The notes under the pieces: model-generated
What the model saw: the letters and a program-made list of their open reading frames with translations, nothing else
Databases searched by the model: none
Told to the model about the DNA's origin: nothing
Position numbers and translations under genes: made by a program
Shown here: positions 44,364 through 59,600 of the stretch, in pieces
How the letters are laid out: every line of letters begins with the position of its first letter
Numbering within the stretch: position 1 is the first letter of the stretch
Assembly (NCBI RefSeq): GCF_964355755.1
Contig: NC_092673.1
Coordinates: forward strand, 36,128,473-36,192,472
Length of the DNA: 64,000 bases
Reading direction: 5' to 3'
DNA from: Antedon mediterranea
Taxonomy: Eukaryota; Animalia; Echinodermata

Positions 44364-45298
44364 CAGTTGAATAGAACTCTTTTACTGAATTTGTTTGTAC
44401 CAAGACAGTAGGCATTATAAATCGTAATGTAGGCTATGTGGTATATTTAATACTGTATATTAACAATAATAGTCAACTTAAACTCATGGTGGTGGAGTTG
44501 ACAACTCCCTAGTCTAACCGAGAAATATGTGCTTGCGGAATGAGAAGGATTACTTTATTGCCCATATTCTGTTTTCAGAATGCTCCCAGTTGAAACAACA
44601 ATTCTGTGTTATTTTTTGTATAGCCGACAAAACTTTTTAAGAATAATTAAAACAGGCTCAGGTAGTCCATGGAGGTATACCTCCATGGGTAGTCCTACCA
44701 TTATGATTGGGTATTATAATAATAATCTACATGATGTACAGTAGGCAAAAATTATAATAAATGTATACTTCAAACGAACCATACACAACCGAGATAAAGA
44801 TAAACCATATTGAAGAAAACCCCATCATCTTCGCTTTCTTGGCAGGCAGTGTAAACTACAGTGTGCACCTGTCTTGTACTTTATTGTGAATATAGCACAC
44901 CTTCTTAAAGGTTGAGAATCACAGAAAAAATCTTGTAATTTAATTATGATTTTACAGTTGTCTAGTTTCCATATTCCCACTGTTAAATTGTGAATTTGGA
45001 AAAACATAGATATTAACATAAATAAAAATTATAGTTTGTTGATTATTGTATTTAAAGATAATTTAAATTAATAAAATACACTGGGGCACCATTGAGGTAA
45101 GACAACTCCCTAGTCTAACATAATTATGTTGATTATTGTATTTAAAGATAATTAAATTAATAAAATACACTGGGGCACCATTGAGGTAAGAAAATGATAA
45201 GTAACTGTAAATTTAATGTATATTTATTACCTGCGAATTGATAGGGATATTTTCAATGTATTGGCATGAATGGCTTTACAATGATGATCAGAAATATT

Positions 45299-45424
45299 AG
45301 TATACTGTTAATGTAGCTACGGGCCTGTATACTGTTAATGTAGCTACGGGCCTGTATACTGTTAATGTAGCTACGGGCCTGTATACTGTTAATGTAGCTA
45401 CGGGCCTGTATACTGTTAATGTAG
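45299..45424. repeat. 27-bp x~4.5 minisatellite
   Basis: Unit GTATACTGTTAATGTAGCTACGGGCCT. Confidence 0.93.
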
Positions 45425-45936
45425 TTTTCACCCTTTTTTTTCATCCGAAAATGAATTCTGACAATCTTAAAAATTGTAAGAAGATGTATGCGTGCATTTT
45501 CATGCACTATGCACAGAGAACGATAGCCTAATAAATATTGTGTACAAACTCAATAAGTTATATTGCATGATAATGCATGACCTAATATAAAGCAGCCATT
45601 ATGTTACAAGTTGAAAGGGTTCTATCCTCATTATTGTACTTTCCTGTATGTATATACAATGTGAAATATAAGAAATACATCTGTCATTTAAATAGGTTTA
45701 ATTAAGGTTATTTACACCACAGTGTGAAAGGCTAAATTCAGGTCAGACTGGTTTCACATTCACTTTTTGCAAAGCTTAGAAAGGCCAAATAGTGTGAAAC
45801 ACATCCTGGGTGGCACAAAAGATAAACTGTAGACAATGTTGGTAATATTTCATGCCCAATAGGCAATTATACAAATAGGGGTCAATTCACACAAAGCCCT
45901 GCTTTCATGCATCTTCCTTCCGTCCACAATTTTCTA

Positions 45937-46514
45937 GTTTCTTGTAACTTGGTGGATAACCACCCCTGATACGGCCAAAATATTGCAACAGTTTGTTTCT
46001 TGTAACTTGGTGGATAACCACCCCTGATACGGCCAAAATATTGCAACAGTTTGTTTCTTGTAACTTGGTGGATAACCACCCCTGATACGGCCAAAATATT
46101 GCAACAGTTTGTTTCTTGTAACTTGGTGGATAACCACCCCTGATACGGCCAAAATATTGCAACAGTTTGTTTCTTGTAACTTGGTGGATAACCACCCCTG
46201 ATACGGCCAAAATATTGCAACAGTTTGTTTCTTGTAACTTGGTGGATAACCACCCCTGATACGGCCAAAATATTGCAACAGTTTGTTTCTTGTAACTTGG
46301 TGGATAACCACCCCTGATACGGCCAAAATATTGCAACAGTTTGTTTCTTGTAACTTGGTGGATAACCACCCCTGATACGGCCAAAATATTGCAACAGTTT
46401 GTTTCTTTTAACTTGGTGGATAACCACCCCTGATACGGCCAAAATATTGCAACAGTTTGTTTCTTGTAACTTGGTGGATAACCACCCCTGATACGGCCAA
46501 AATATTGCAACAGT
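45937..46514. repeat. 58-bp x10 minisatellite
   Basis: Unit GTTTCTTGTAACTTGGTGGATAACCACCCCTGATACGGCCAAAATATTGCAACAGTTT. Confidence 0.97.
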
Positions 46515-46555
46515 AATGAAAATGAGGTTGTGAATTATACTTTGTACTATATTTG

Positions 46556-47968
46556 TTAGGGTTAGGATTGAGGCGTCCCTGAGAACACCCTTTATTTTGT
46601 CATGCTATGAGTAAAATATAGAACAATACCGTATTTTAGTGATTACAGAGTATCAAATCTATGTTTCACACTATAATCAATGTAAATAATATTCAATGCT
46701 CCTAACCCTAACCCCCCTAACCCTAACCCTAATATAGAACAATACCGTATTTTAGTGATTACAGAGTATCAAGTCTATGTTTCACACTATAATCCATGTA
46801 AATAATATTCAATGCCCCTTTGTTAGCCTACATGTCATCTTTTTTGTGCTAAAATTGTAAAAAGTAAAGAAAAAAAAAATCAAATCATACTGTAGATCTA
46901 AGGGAGATGTCATGAGCGTAACATTATATAATAGTTAACATACTATTGGCCTGATTTTGATACAAGATGGAAGCATACTATAGTACAATGTATATATTGT
47001 AGATCACAACATACACCACTCACATTAAAAACAATGACGTAGGTCATTTAAAATTTTCATGGGTGAAATGCGATAAACAATTGTTCTGCTTAAAAATAAC
47101 AATGTGGCATTTTGTTTTGTTAATTATTTTTCAGATTTAATGCCTTTCAGATTTAATGCCTTTCAGATTTAATGCCTTTCAGAGCTAAAAATAATAAGGT
47201 TCTTGGCATACAAAAACTGCAAGACCAATTTGTTTACAAAGTGGGCGGAGTTTGTATGTTGCATACATGTTTAAATATCATTGTGAAAAAGTGTGAAGCT
47301 TGATATTCCTACAGTATAGACAAGATGACTCATTAAACAACATTTATGTCAAATGTACAAACATCAAGAACATGTTTAATTTGACATAATGTTAACATGA
47401 CATCAGAACATTGGTAGCTATTTTTAAATGTAAATTTTATAATAAAATTGATTGTAATCACAGAGTGTGGCATATTTCATTCATTGGTTGAGTATCTTTG
47501 TCAAGACAACAAACATACTGAACAACATACATAGTAGTTCAGCCTATTCCAGCTGTTATTTGTAGTTCTCATCTCATTTACCATCCTACTCTATAAAGGT
47601 TTACATTATATTTTCATGCCGGAAATGTTTGACCCAGATTCTCACAAAAGGTTAAGACTTGACCAATCATCAACCAATCATTCAATTCCTGATCACCAAT
47701 TTAGTTATTAATTATTAATAAGCACATTCATTGTTTTTAAATAGTTATCAATCAGTCTCAATTAATTGTTCAGTTATCTGTTTTTAGATAATTCATTTGA
47801 GTTTTATGAAAAATTATATTAAAATTATAAAATACTTAAAGATGTCCTTTTATTTTTGTTTTAAATATTCTATTGTAATAATGCATAATAGTTATTCACT
47901 ATGACCAAACATTTGATAGGGTTAGGGTTAGGGTTTGATAGGGTTAGGGTTTGATAGGGTTAGGGTTA
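46556..47968. repeat. Three short interstitial TTAGGG/CCCTAA patches (~46556, 46701-46732, 47916-47968)
   Basis: Telomere-type hexamers on both strands, 2-8 copies each. Confidence 0.75.
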
Positions 47969-48767
47969 ACAAAATTGTTTAATTTAAAGCAAAACATTCA
48001 AAATGTCTGTCAGACAAAGTTGTTTTGGCTGAATTTAGGCGTTTATTTAGTCTTTTTGGAAATGATATCATTTTTGCTTTTTTTTTGTGGAAGTGAATAG
48101 TTATATTAAAACACCAAAATGGTAAACAATCATTTTTATATACTATATTGCCAGCTCTCTGAAAGCTACAGCTTATATTTAATTGTGAGTTCTACAAAAT
48201 ATTATTGATATTTAGTTTTTGTCAATGATATTACATTTTTATTATTTTTGTTTCAGATTTTTATACACGAAATGCAGAAATTAATTTTCAAAATGTGACT
48301 TTACAAGGAATGAAGAGGATTACGTTAAATAACACTAGAAAGGCCAGGAATGGTAGAGTAACCCTAAATCTCTTTCCGAAATCCTAAAAGTTTCTACAGT
48401 TGGCCTACCATTGCAGAATAGTAAAAGTAAACTACAGTAGGCCTACCATTGCAGAATAGAGAACTACATAACATTAAAACAATTTGTATAAACTAAAACA
48501 ATTAAGGAAAATTAAAATACCGTAATGTTGATTAAACAATGAAAAATAGGATTTTTTTAAAAGAAAGAAACGGCAGCAAAATTAGTACCTTGTCTTTCAC
48601 AATATTGTAAAATTGCTGACATATTAATCATAATGAATATTTATTGAAGTTGAATATTCATGAGGAGAAGTTATTAGGTGAAAAGTGATTGATGATAGAT
48701 ACAGGCATCTCGTTGTTTGATCTCACCTTCAACATATGGTTTTCATGTTTTAAGACCAAAAGTTACA

Positions 48768-51700
48768 ATGTCTACAGCATTGATTATGCCAGGTAAGACA
48801 ACAATATTTATATTTTTTTATTATGGTCCTGTTTCTGCTGCCAAAAAATAACTGGTTACCGTGTTAATACTTTAACCCCAGATTCTTGGCAGCAGAAACA
48901 GGACAAATTAACGATTAAACACCAAAATGATTGTCGCCATTTAACTGGTTATCGCTGTGCAACTTTTAGCTGAATGATGGTTATTTGATTGACAGTTGAT
49001 GGACTGTCTGATCACTTTGGGTCTTGGGTCATTTTAACTTTTTCTGTTAACAACCAACCACAAATTTAAACAGTTTGGGGAGCAGAAATGCGGTCGGCCT
49101 AAAAATTATAATTTTGAAATAAATGGTTTATTTTAACACTATTTTTATTCTATACTTATATTTTCAAACTATGAGCTCAATGTAATTTCTTTTTGGATAA
49201 CAAAATTTGAAGACCCTATGTGAAAAATATTATTTAAGTTGGTACAAATACAATGGATTTAGAAATAGTAATAGCAAGGAATTGTAATAGTGTGCACAGA
49301 AAAAAATGATATCTTGATCAACATTGTTAGAAATTTTGAATTGTTGGGTCTAGATTGAACTAAGATTTTGTATGTGACCAAGTTAAAATTGTGTAAAAAC
49401 CCAAACTTGTGACTAGTTTAGAAGTTAATAAATTGAGCATTGTTCATGATTAAACAATGATTTTGGTTAAAAATAATTGTCCCCCCCCCCCTTTTTTTTG
49501 TAATTGTAATATTTATTGCCATCCAAAGAAAAAAAAGTTGACAGATCAAACAATTTGTACAATTGAAATTTTGTTTTAATTTCACATAATAATAAAATAA
49601 TAATAATTGGATCCAAAAAATAAATATTTACCTGAAAAACTAATTTAAAGCAAAAAATAGTCAACGGGAAGTCAATGGGTTTCTTGTTGAATTCAATAAA
49701 CATTTATGTTGTCTTTTTATAAGTGAAAAGATCAACTTTATTAAAAACTGTGAAATATTGTAGGCTATTCAAATTATAATTTTTTTAATTTTTCATGTTT
49801 TCGGGGGACAATGCATCTTTAAATAGTGAAAAATGTGAGTAGCACATTGTAACAGCATTTGTTTTCCTACTTTTCAATGTTATTGAGATAGTCAATGTGT
49901 CAATGTGTTTCTTTTTTGGGGACTGCTCATTTAAATACAATATTTACGGTACCAGTTCCTAAATTTATAGTAATCTATTTATTTTTTTAACACTTTAATT
50001 TCACACTATAACAAAAATGATAGTCTATTTGATAATTTGCCTATATGTTTTTTACTTTTTATATCAATTTTTGTAAATTAAAACTTAAATAAAATAAAAT
50101 ACTGTAGTTAACTCAGAGAAATAATTCTGGAATTTTAGTAAGATAAGCATGCCAACCACTAAAAGTACAATTCCATCAATTATATAAATTTTTATCTTAA
50201 ATCTTATAGTTTTTTTAAAAACACTTAAAGGTATAATTAACTAATTTGTTGATCGGCCAAGCAAATTCTTTTTACATAGAGTGTTGATGATCTATACATA
50301 CATTACGTTATGAATGTGATACTCTGTACAGTCTTTCACCGTTGACCGAATGACCTGCAGACCTAATACAGCTTGTAATTTTATCACTAATTTTACATTA
50401 CAATGTTTATAATAAGGAAGGATGCTGGTAATAGTTTGTATGTTACATTCTTAACATAGAAACTCCTACTGCAAACTGAAATGGAATGGCCCTAATTTAT
50501 CCCAGTCAGTATGGGCTTATCTTTGTTTATTTTAGCAATAGTTTGAAGTGCCATAGATGGATAATTTACTGTGTTTATAGATAGAGATGGTCCAAGGTTC
50601 AGTGACTGTTTCAGTATTGTAGGCCTGACTTGTGATGTGTCTGTCTAGATTGGTAGTTAGCTAAACATAGCAAAGTTGTTAATTATAATAAATTTACATG
50701 ATTTAAAAATTGTCAGAGGAGGAAATGTTGCAATTACTGGAAAGTGTTGTTGTTAGAAGTGAAAGTCCAGCACTCCAGTTGAGTAAGTACTGTATTTGGG
50801 TGTCATTGATTTCTCCAACTTGTTTTACAGTCAATGTGTGAACTACTCTTGTAACAGTATGTACATGAGTATAAGTACTGTATTTTGGGTTTCATTGATT
50901 TCTCCAACTTGTTTTACAGTCAATGTATGAACTACTCTTGTAACAGTATGTACATGAGTATAAGTACTGTATTTGGGTGTCATTGATTTCTCCAACTTGT
51001 TTTACAGTCAATGTATGAACTACTCTTGTAACAGTATGTACATGTTCCTACTACTGTAGTAGTAGGCAGATGGCCTGTCATCTCATGTATTTTTGTAGAC
51101 ATTCAACTTTATGCTAATTTGTGAATTATATATTAGAACTAATTATACTAAGTGGTTACAAAAATAAATCTTTATCTGAGGATTGTTTTACAGTACTGTA
51201 GTAAGCATGGCTAGTCCTTATTTTGTAACTACTGTATACAATATTGTAGGGCAACTTTAAACAATATCTTAGTAATGTGCATAGCTACACTCATGCTTTT
51301 TGTGAATTTGTCTATGTTTTTGCTATAAGGACCCCATTGCCCAAAGCTTTTTAGCTTTATGGGTAATCCTTGGTATGTTGATTGTACCGAATAAAACAAA
51401 CAAAAACAAACAAACTTACTTTAAAGTATATTGAAATGTCTTAAACTCATTTTATATGAATTTTTCTTTGAGCCTGATACTTTAGAAGATGTACACACCA
51501 ACCTCACACCTACATGCCTGGTGAACAACATACTGTACACACCAACCACACACATGCGGCTAGCCCGGTGAACAACATACTGTACACACCAACCACACAC
51601 CTACATGCCGGGTGAATAACATACTGTACAAACCCACCTCACACCTACATGCCCGGTGAACAACATACTGTACACACCAACCTCACACCTACATGCCTGG

Positions 51701-53651
51701 TGAACAACATACTGTACACACCAACCACACACATGCCCGGTGAACAACATACTGTACACACCAACCTCACACCTACATGCCTGGTGAACAACATACTGTA
51801 CACACCAACCTCACACCTACATGCCTGGTGAACAACATACTGTACACACCAACCACACACCTACATGCCTGGTGAACAACATACTGTACACACCAACCTC
51901 ACACCTACATGCCTGGTGAACAACATACTGTACACACCAACCTCACACCTACATGCCTGGTGAACAACATACTGTACACACCAACCACACACCTACATGC
52001 CTGGTGAACAACATACTGTACACACCAACCTCACACCTACATGCCTGGTGAACAACATACTGTACAAACCAACCTCACACCTACATGCCTGGTGAACAAC
52101 ATACTGTACACACCAACCTCACACCTACATGCCTGGTGAACAACATACTGTACACACCAACCTCACACCTACATGCCTGGTGAACAACATACTGTACACA
52201 CCAACCACACACCTACATGCCTGGTGAACAACATACTGTACACACCAACCTCACACCTACATGCCTGGTGAACAACATACTGTACACACCAACCACACAC
52301 ATGCGGCTAGCCCGGTGAACAACATACTGTACACACCAACCTCACACCTACATGCCTGGTGAACAACATACTGTACACACCAACCACACACCTACATGCC
52401 TGGTGAACAACATACTGTACACACCAACCACACACCTACATGCCTGGTGAACAACATACTGTACACACCAACCACACACCTACATGCCTGGTGAACAACA
52501 TACTGTACACACCAACCACACACCTACATGCCTGGTGAACAACATACTGTACACACCAACCACACACCTACATGCCTGGTGAACAACATACTGTACACAC
52601 CAACCACACACCTACATGCCTGGTGAATAACATACTGTACAAACCAACCACACACCTACATGCCTGATAATGGGGGTCCAAATCATTCATTTGGAATTGA
52701 TTTTTTTTATTTTTTTGTTAATATTACTCATATTGTTTTTATGTTATGGTATATTTGTTTCTTTTTTTAGGGTCACATAATTTTGATAATGTAGATCTAC
52801 CAATGAAATGTCGTGTATGTGGGGATAAAGCCTCTGGATTTCACTATGGAGTACATTCTTGTGAAGGTTGTAAGGTAAGATAAAGTACTTTTTATATTGA
52901 TCAAAATTGACATTGATGTACATACTATTATATCTATGGAACACCGTTTACGCAACATTGGATGAATTTTATGACGCGATATGTGAATGAAATGCATCAA
53001 TATGAATTACATGACGCAGTGTGAATGAAATGCTTTGAATGAAATGTTTGAATTGAATGTGAATGAAATATTATTATTGAAGTAGTATTTGAGCCACTGT
53101 CCCCCTTCTCCATGGTTGGGGGAAGCAAATTTAGTTGCTGGAAATGGTAAATTTCATTCACATATTCTGGCAAAAAATTCATCAAAAATAAAAAAATCTG
53201 ATTTGAAAAAGTGGACATTTATTCATATGCATTATTTTATAAAAACATTTATTTAAATGTTTACTTTTTTTGCAGGGATTCTTCCGGCGAACCCATCGTA
53301 TGAAACTGGTTTACAAGCAGTGCCCGTTCTATAAATCTGAACCATGTAAAATAAACGTAGCAACTCGTAATAAATGCCAATTCTGTAGATTTCAAAAGTG
53401 TCTCACTGTAGGAATGTCTCATGATGGTATGTTATTATTCTATTTATTAAGTTATATCAATAATTAAGTTTATTAAACAATACTGTAGGTAAACCCCAAA
53501 TCTTTCTTTTTCTAAAGTAGTGCTGGTATTAGTTTTATAGGCCTTATATATTATATATATTTTTAAAGTACCAAATATATATATACACGGAAAAAAGGAG
53601 TTATCTGCACCATATAAATGTTACTATTCAAACAAATATATTATATATATA

Positions 53652-53689
<38 letters not shown>

Positions 53690-56600
53690 TATATATATAT
53701 AAACACATCAGGCAAAGAACAATAATTGTAAACCGCGCGATGATATACTGAAATTAAAAATTTTAACTAATTTGAAACGATAAAGATGATGAAATCTGTG
53801 AGAATTAGAAAAAGTCCCCCCAACCGAGACTCGAACCCGGAACCTTCTGCTTGATATGCAGATATATATAAACATCACAGGCACAGAATAAATTCTAAAC
53901 CGGCCGGTGATAATGGCATCATCATTTGAATAATCCAGGCTCATTCATGACAACATGATGGAGATCCTGAGATGATCGTTTTTTTGTGTGTCTGCCTTTT
54001 TTTATTTAAACTAATCTATGCAATTGATTTTGTAACTATGAACGTCCGTTTCCGAAATAAAAGTAAAATGATATTTACCATCATCTTTCTATACTACTGT
54101 TTATAACGTTATAGGTAAAAGGTAACACTGATTTAATAGGGCTGCACTTTAGCATAGTAACTCTGGACTTGTTTTGGTGTTGTTTTAATTTTGTTGTCTC
54201 GCTTCATTAATAATGTCTTAGGTTGTATGAACTCCATCTGTCCCATTTTATTCTCTATATTCTGATTTATTTTCTAATTAAACAATGTTTATACAATTGT
54301 GTCCATGTGAAAGAGAAATAATTTGAAGTAGTTGGTTTTAGGAAGATGCTAAAAGATGGCAAACATGAACTGTTACCTATTAAACTGGTTTATAGTGCAA
54401 TAGTTAGTGGTGTAGGTATTTAATTGCTGAGATTGTGTTAGATGAGTGGGCCTTGTTCTGGTCATTGTAGGTCAAAGGTATACCAATCCATCATGAATGG
54501 CTTTATTTATCATAAACTTACCACACAATACTAAAATACTGTCAACAGAATGGTTTGCAGCAATGGTTTATTATTTTCTAGACCTTTATAAAAAGTTGAA
54601 TGGTTTCTTCTCTTTACATTATGGTTGGAGTTTGGTACTAAAACACAATCAGTCAAAGAGTTGCTATTGCTTGCAAGAAGGAACAACAAAAACTCTGTAC
54701 ATTGTACAGGAATGAGAACATGTTGAATGTATAGATTGCTTGCAAGAAGGAACAACAAAAACTCTGTACATTGTACAGGAATGAGAACATGTTGAATGTA
54801 TAGATTGCGTGCATCTATCAAATTTTGGAAGTATATACGTTATATATCTTTACATTGTTTGGTGTTTGAAACTACTGCATGTTGGAATCAGATAATTTAA
54901 AAAAATGACGATAAACCTGGTATTTTGTTGCTGCTCTCATGTTTGTGGACCCTCTGGAATGTTTAAATATAGTGCAATACATTGTGTAAATAGTTATATT
55001 GTGTAAACTGTAAACCATATTCAAATAATTAAAGAAATGATCTCATCGTTATGTGTGACCTGGTTCATTCAAGAAGTAAATATTCAGGCTACAAAGTTCA
55101 TCCTCTCATATCAGTCTGCAAATTAATAAAACACACAAACTAATTGATGAGAAAGCTCACTTGTTAAAAGAAGCTAGCAAGCTAGGCCATTCTGAAGTCC
55201 AGCTGACGAATTAGGCAATATCAACTATCCATGGCCTATGGACATGATGACAATTTTAAACGCATCTATTTTGAATAAACTTGTTGAAGAAGGTAGAGCA
55301 TACAGTATTGGATTGTTCTTGCTAAAATTGTTGCTAAATTTAATGTAGAAGACTTAAAAAAAACAGCCACATTTTCTATTCTTCGTTATGTTTCATACAT
55401 GCTGTTTTGTGAAGTCGTTTTCTTCTTTATTCACAAAGGCACATAGAGTGGAACCAATTTTATTCATTTTAAAGTAAATGTTCTTTTTTTTTAATAACCT
55501 GGTTTTATATAATTTGTTATCTAGCTTCAAGATTTGGTAGGATGCCAAGAGAGGAGCGATTAAAACTGATGGAAGAATTGAGTCAAGAAGAAAATCTTGC
55601 AACTGAGGAAGACAAAAAGAAGATTGAGCTGAGGTCAATTACAGATAGAATCTATGAAGCCTTCAAGGAAATTTGGGTTGAGAGATTTGCTCCTTTACCA
55701 ACAGGCAGAACAACTAAATTCAAAATTGAAGAGGTAAGTACATAAGTAGGCTCATTCTTCTAGTCTAAAATTGTGTCAAATCATGTAAAATGGTAATTGC
55801 AAACGATACAAATCTCCCCCACCCCCCATATTTTTAATTTAGAGATGAAATATGTTCGGAAATAGCACATATGTTCTGAGCTTTTTGGAGAATAGGGCTG
55901 CTACGATGCCCGGAAATGGCACTTAATATGAAATATAGAGACGATTAGAGCTGCTAGGTTACCATAAATTGCCCTTTTAAGGGTTGGGGGAGGGATGTAA
56001 ATATATAATTGCGAACTGAAAAAACAAAACCCCTTTCATAATGGTTTCGTTCAATTGTCTCTACTTCTGGGGATCCAAACCTGCATGATCTCTGAAATAC
56101 AGCAACATAATTGCTCAATTGCGGTTAGGCTCTGTAGGCTTCGTTGTGCTGCCTGTGATTTTTTTTTTCGTACTCCTCATGAAACGTCACAGAATAAACA
56201 TGAATAATTCATCAGTTAAATTTGTTGTTCCGTGTGCACCCAAGCGTATACCAACAAGTGATTACAACTGCGATACGATACTTTCTACAGTAGGCCTAGG
56301 ATTCTAGGTCAATTCACGTGATTGCCTTTGCGCACTCTTCTTTACACACACCACTATGCAAAATGTGTCGAGGCTAATCGACAGCTAGGCAAGACACATT
56401 CAACTAAGTAGTAAAAAAGCTTAGACCCAAGAATGTGTATAATTTTTGTACTGTATTTTATTATCAAACAATATGCCTTTACTCAAAGGAACTTTAAAAA
56501 TCCGTGTATATGGACACATGAGATGGAATAATAAATGTATTTTTGTGTAATGTAATTGTTTAATTTTGCTGACTTATTACTCGGACTGTGTCATACCTAA

Positions 56601-59600
56601 CACACACACACGGACTACTAGAATAGACATGGGTTTAGAGACTAATAATTAGGCCTAATAGTATTAATAGAAACTATAATTTTAACACGTAATTCTTTAG
56701 TAATAAATTCTATTAAAAACACCAAACTAAAGGCTGATTATTTCGACAATCCACACAAAACGCCGCTATTCTTTTATGAAATTGCACGCCGCAACCACAG
56801 CAGAGATAGGCCTAGAATCGTATCACAGTTGTGTAATCACTTCTTGTTGCTATACGCTTGGGTGCACACGGAACAAGAACATTTAACTGATGAATTATTC
56901 ATGTTTATTTTGTGACGTTTCATGAGGGGTCCCCAACTTATGTACGAAAACAACCGTGTGCTGCCTATCGTGCACACACAGTAGTTTGTGAGCAGCCTTC
57001 CTATCCGAAGACTCGATCCGAAATGAAATGAAGGATAGAGGAACTATTGTATGGAAAAAACCTGACAGACCTGTTTTGTACGATATGGTATTGTACAAGG
57101 TAATATGCACGAAATTGCAAGATTAAAAATTTAAATATTATTCTTGTTCTGTGGTATATTGTTTTTGGGTTGTTAAAAAAAACACAAAATTATGTCAGAT
57201 TATGCTAAAAATGGCTAAATAATGCCGCTGCATTCCAGATGCTGTGGGCCTCCAAATAATGCCAGAAATGGCAACTATGGTCAATTGTGGTTTAAGCCTA
57301 GCCCCTCTTGGGTGTGATATAAAACAATTAATGAATGTTTTTATATTAGGGGATTTAAGAATAAATATTTTCATTCGGTGAAAAATTTTATGAGGCGAAA
57401 CTATAGGATTTTAGTTGTGAACATTTTTGTCGGCCTATGATTCTCTGATTCCTTTTACCGTATGTGAAATTCTTAAAACAAACAATAACATTCATCATCA
57501 TTGGCTTAGCATTAGGTAGTGAAATAAAAAAATGATTTATTTCTAACATCGTTGTTTCGTATACCACCTACATCACACATTTGAATGAGAATAGAGGTAG
57601 TTGACCTTCATATTATGTCAGTGATATTTGTGTTGACCACTCACCTTTTTAATCTTACAATATTATAATCATGTCTAAACATTTCCTGAAAGAAGCTTTA
57701 GAATGGTGGTATGAATTCAATAAAGCGTGGAAAAGCTTCCTCTTTCCAATCCTGTATTCCAAGTCGTGACCTAAATTTGTTGAACCTGGCAGAAAACACT
57801 GAAAGGTCATAGTCGGTCATCAACGATTTTATGAGGAAGCTTTCTGCATTGTAATCCAGTTTTATGTTCAATACCATTTCAACTTAAATATTAGCTTTTG
57901 TTTGATAGTTTTGTGTGTTTTTGTACATGTTGACATACTAGCTGTGTAAAACTATGATTAGATGTGTTTATATTTATCTTAATTTTATAATACCTGAGTG
58001 AGTGACTGAGCAGTTAAGGCAGTGGAACCGTAAAAATCATAGCTGTACAGCAAGGGTGTCGAGACTCACTCATTCCATGGTTCTGGTGGTAGATTGAGTC
58101 TTCTCAGATGACTATATGCATAGGTTAAGTGTACACAAAATGCTTGTGTGGGAAATAGCAAACCCCACATGCCCACATCCTCTAAAAAAAAAACACATCT
58201 CTGACAATCCACAGACTGTAGTTAAGTTCTTATAATTTGATGTATTAGACGTACAACTATTGCTTTTAATAATAATCACTAATTGAAAATTTGTTCTACA
58301 GTATTATGTATGAGAGTACCATTTCCGGTCCTCTAGGGGTGTCATTTAACTAAATTCACTTTTTATCAATCAATACTTCTTTATTTGGCGCTTCTACTTG
58401 TGTTTTATAAACAAATGCAGCTGGCCGGGCTGTGGCTTGGTGTCTGGAACCAGCTGCAAAATGAAAAGTAATAATTTAATGGTCCAGTGTAAACCTTTAT
58501 GTTTATCAGTGAAACAGAACTTCTAAATTTTTCTTCATTTACATTCCTAATCTTTGTGATAATTAGGTGATCTTTTAGAATACAGATTTTGTGTGTCAGT
58601 TATTTCAAAAAGTAAAATGTTATTAATCACAAAAATCTCAAAATTAATTTTGATCAATTTAGAGCATGAATTAGGCCATTTGCGTGCTTTAAAAAATTAC
58701 TGCCCAAAAACATGTTTTTGCACAAGCGATACTTAAAAAACTTTAAATTACAATTTTTTGTACAAATCGCATTCTACTCACCATCCTTAGTACATTGACC
58801 AAATTTGAGTCCGTTCCGACTTAAAATAACGCTATACGAGCAGGTTAAAAATGACAAAATGCGCACATTAATTGCATAAAAGTGCTGAAAATAAGGCATT
58901 TTTAAAATGAAAATAATTCTTCCAAATGTACGAAGACCCCCAATTTTTAAAACTGATTCTGGAAGCCATTGAGTTGTAGATATGAATTCATTGACATTAA
59001 TTGCATAAAAGTGCTAAAATAATTAAGGCATTTTTAAAATGAAAATAATTCTTCCGAATGTACGAAGACTCCCAATTTTTTAAACTTATTCTGGAAGCCA
59101 TTGAGTTGTATATATGAATTCATATACCTATTTTACATACAAAATGTTGTGACGTCATCAAATGGCCACTTGAATTAAAAAATTAGGTTTTTTCTCTTTC
59201 ATCATAGATTATCATATGCAACAGAGCGCATCTCGGTTATTTTGTGCCTGATTTTCACTCAAATTTTAGTATATGATTGCTCAATTAATTATCTTTCTCA
59301 TGAGTTGTCAAGATTTTCATTTTGATGGCGTAAAAACTTGAATAACTTAGGTCGTGTAATTTCACCTACACCATATTTTTGAATATCTTACAGCTCTTCA
59401 GAATTAAAGGTGACCTTGATGATTATAATATATTATAAAAGCTGATATGTAGATATGAATTCATATAAAAATTAAGCCTATGGGATGTTGTGACGTTATG
59501 AAATGGCCAGTTGAAGTTAAAAGTAGTTTTTTTCTCTCTTTCCTCAAATTTATACAAATTTCAAAGAGCGCGCAGTGCCCTTATACGCGGCAAATTTTCT

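Noticed and set aside
45882-46510. Three overlapping minus-strand ORFs
   Set aside because: Translations of the 58-bp tandem repeat; no domain content.
46556-47968. Telomere or chromosome-fusion site
   Set aside because: Only a few degenerate hexamers in three small patches; more likely repeat-borne interstitial motifs.
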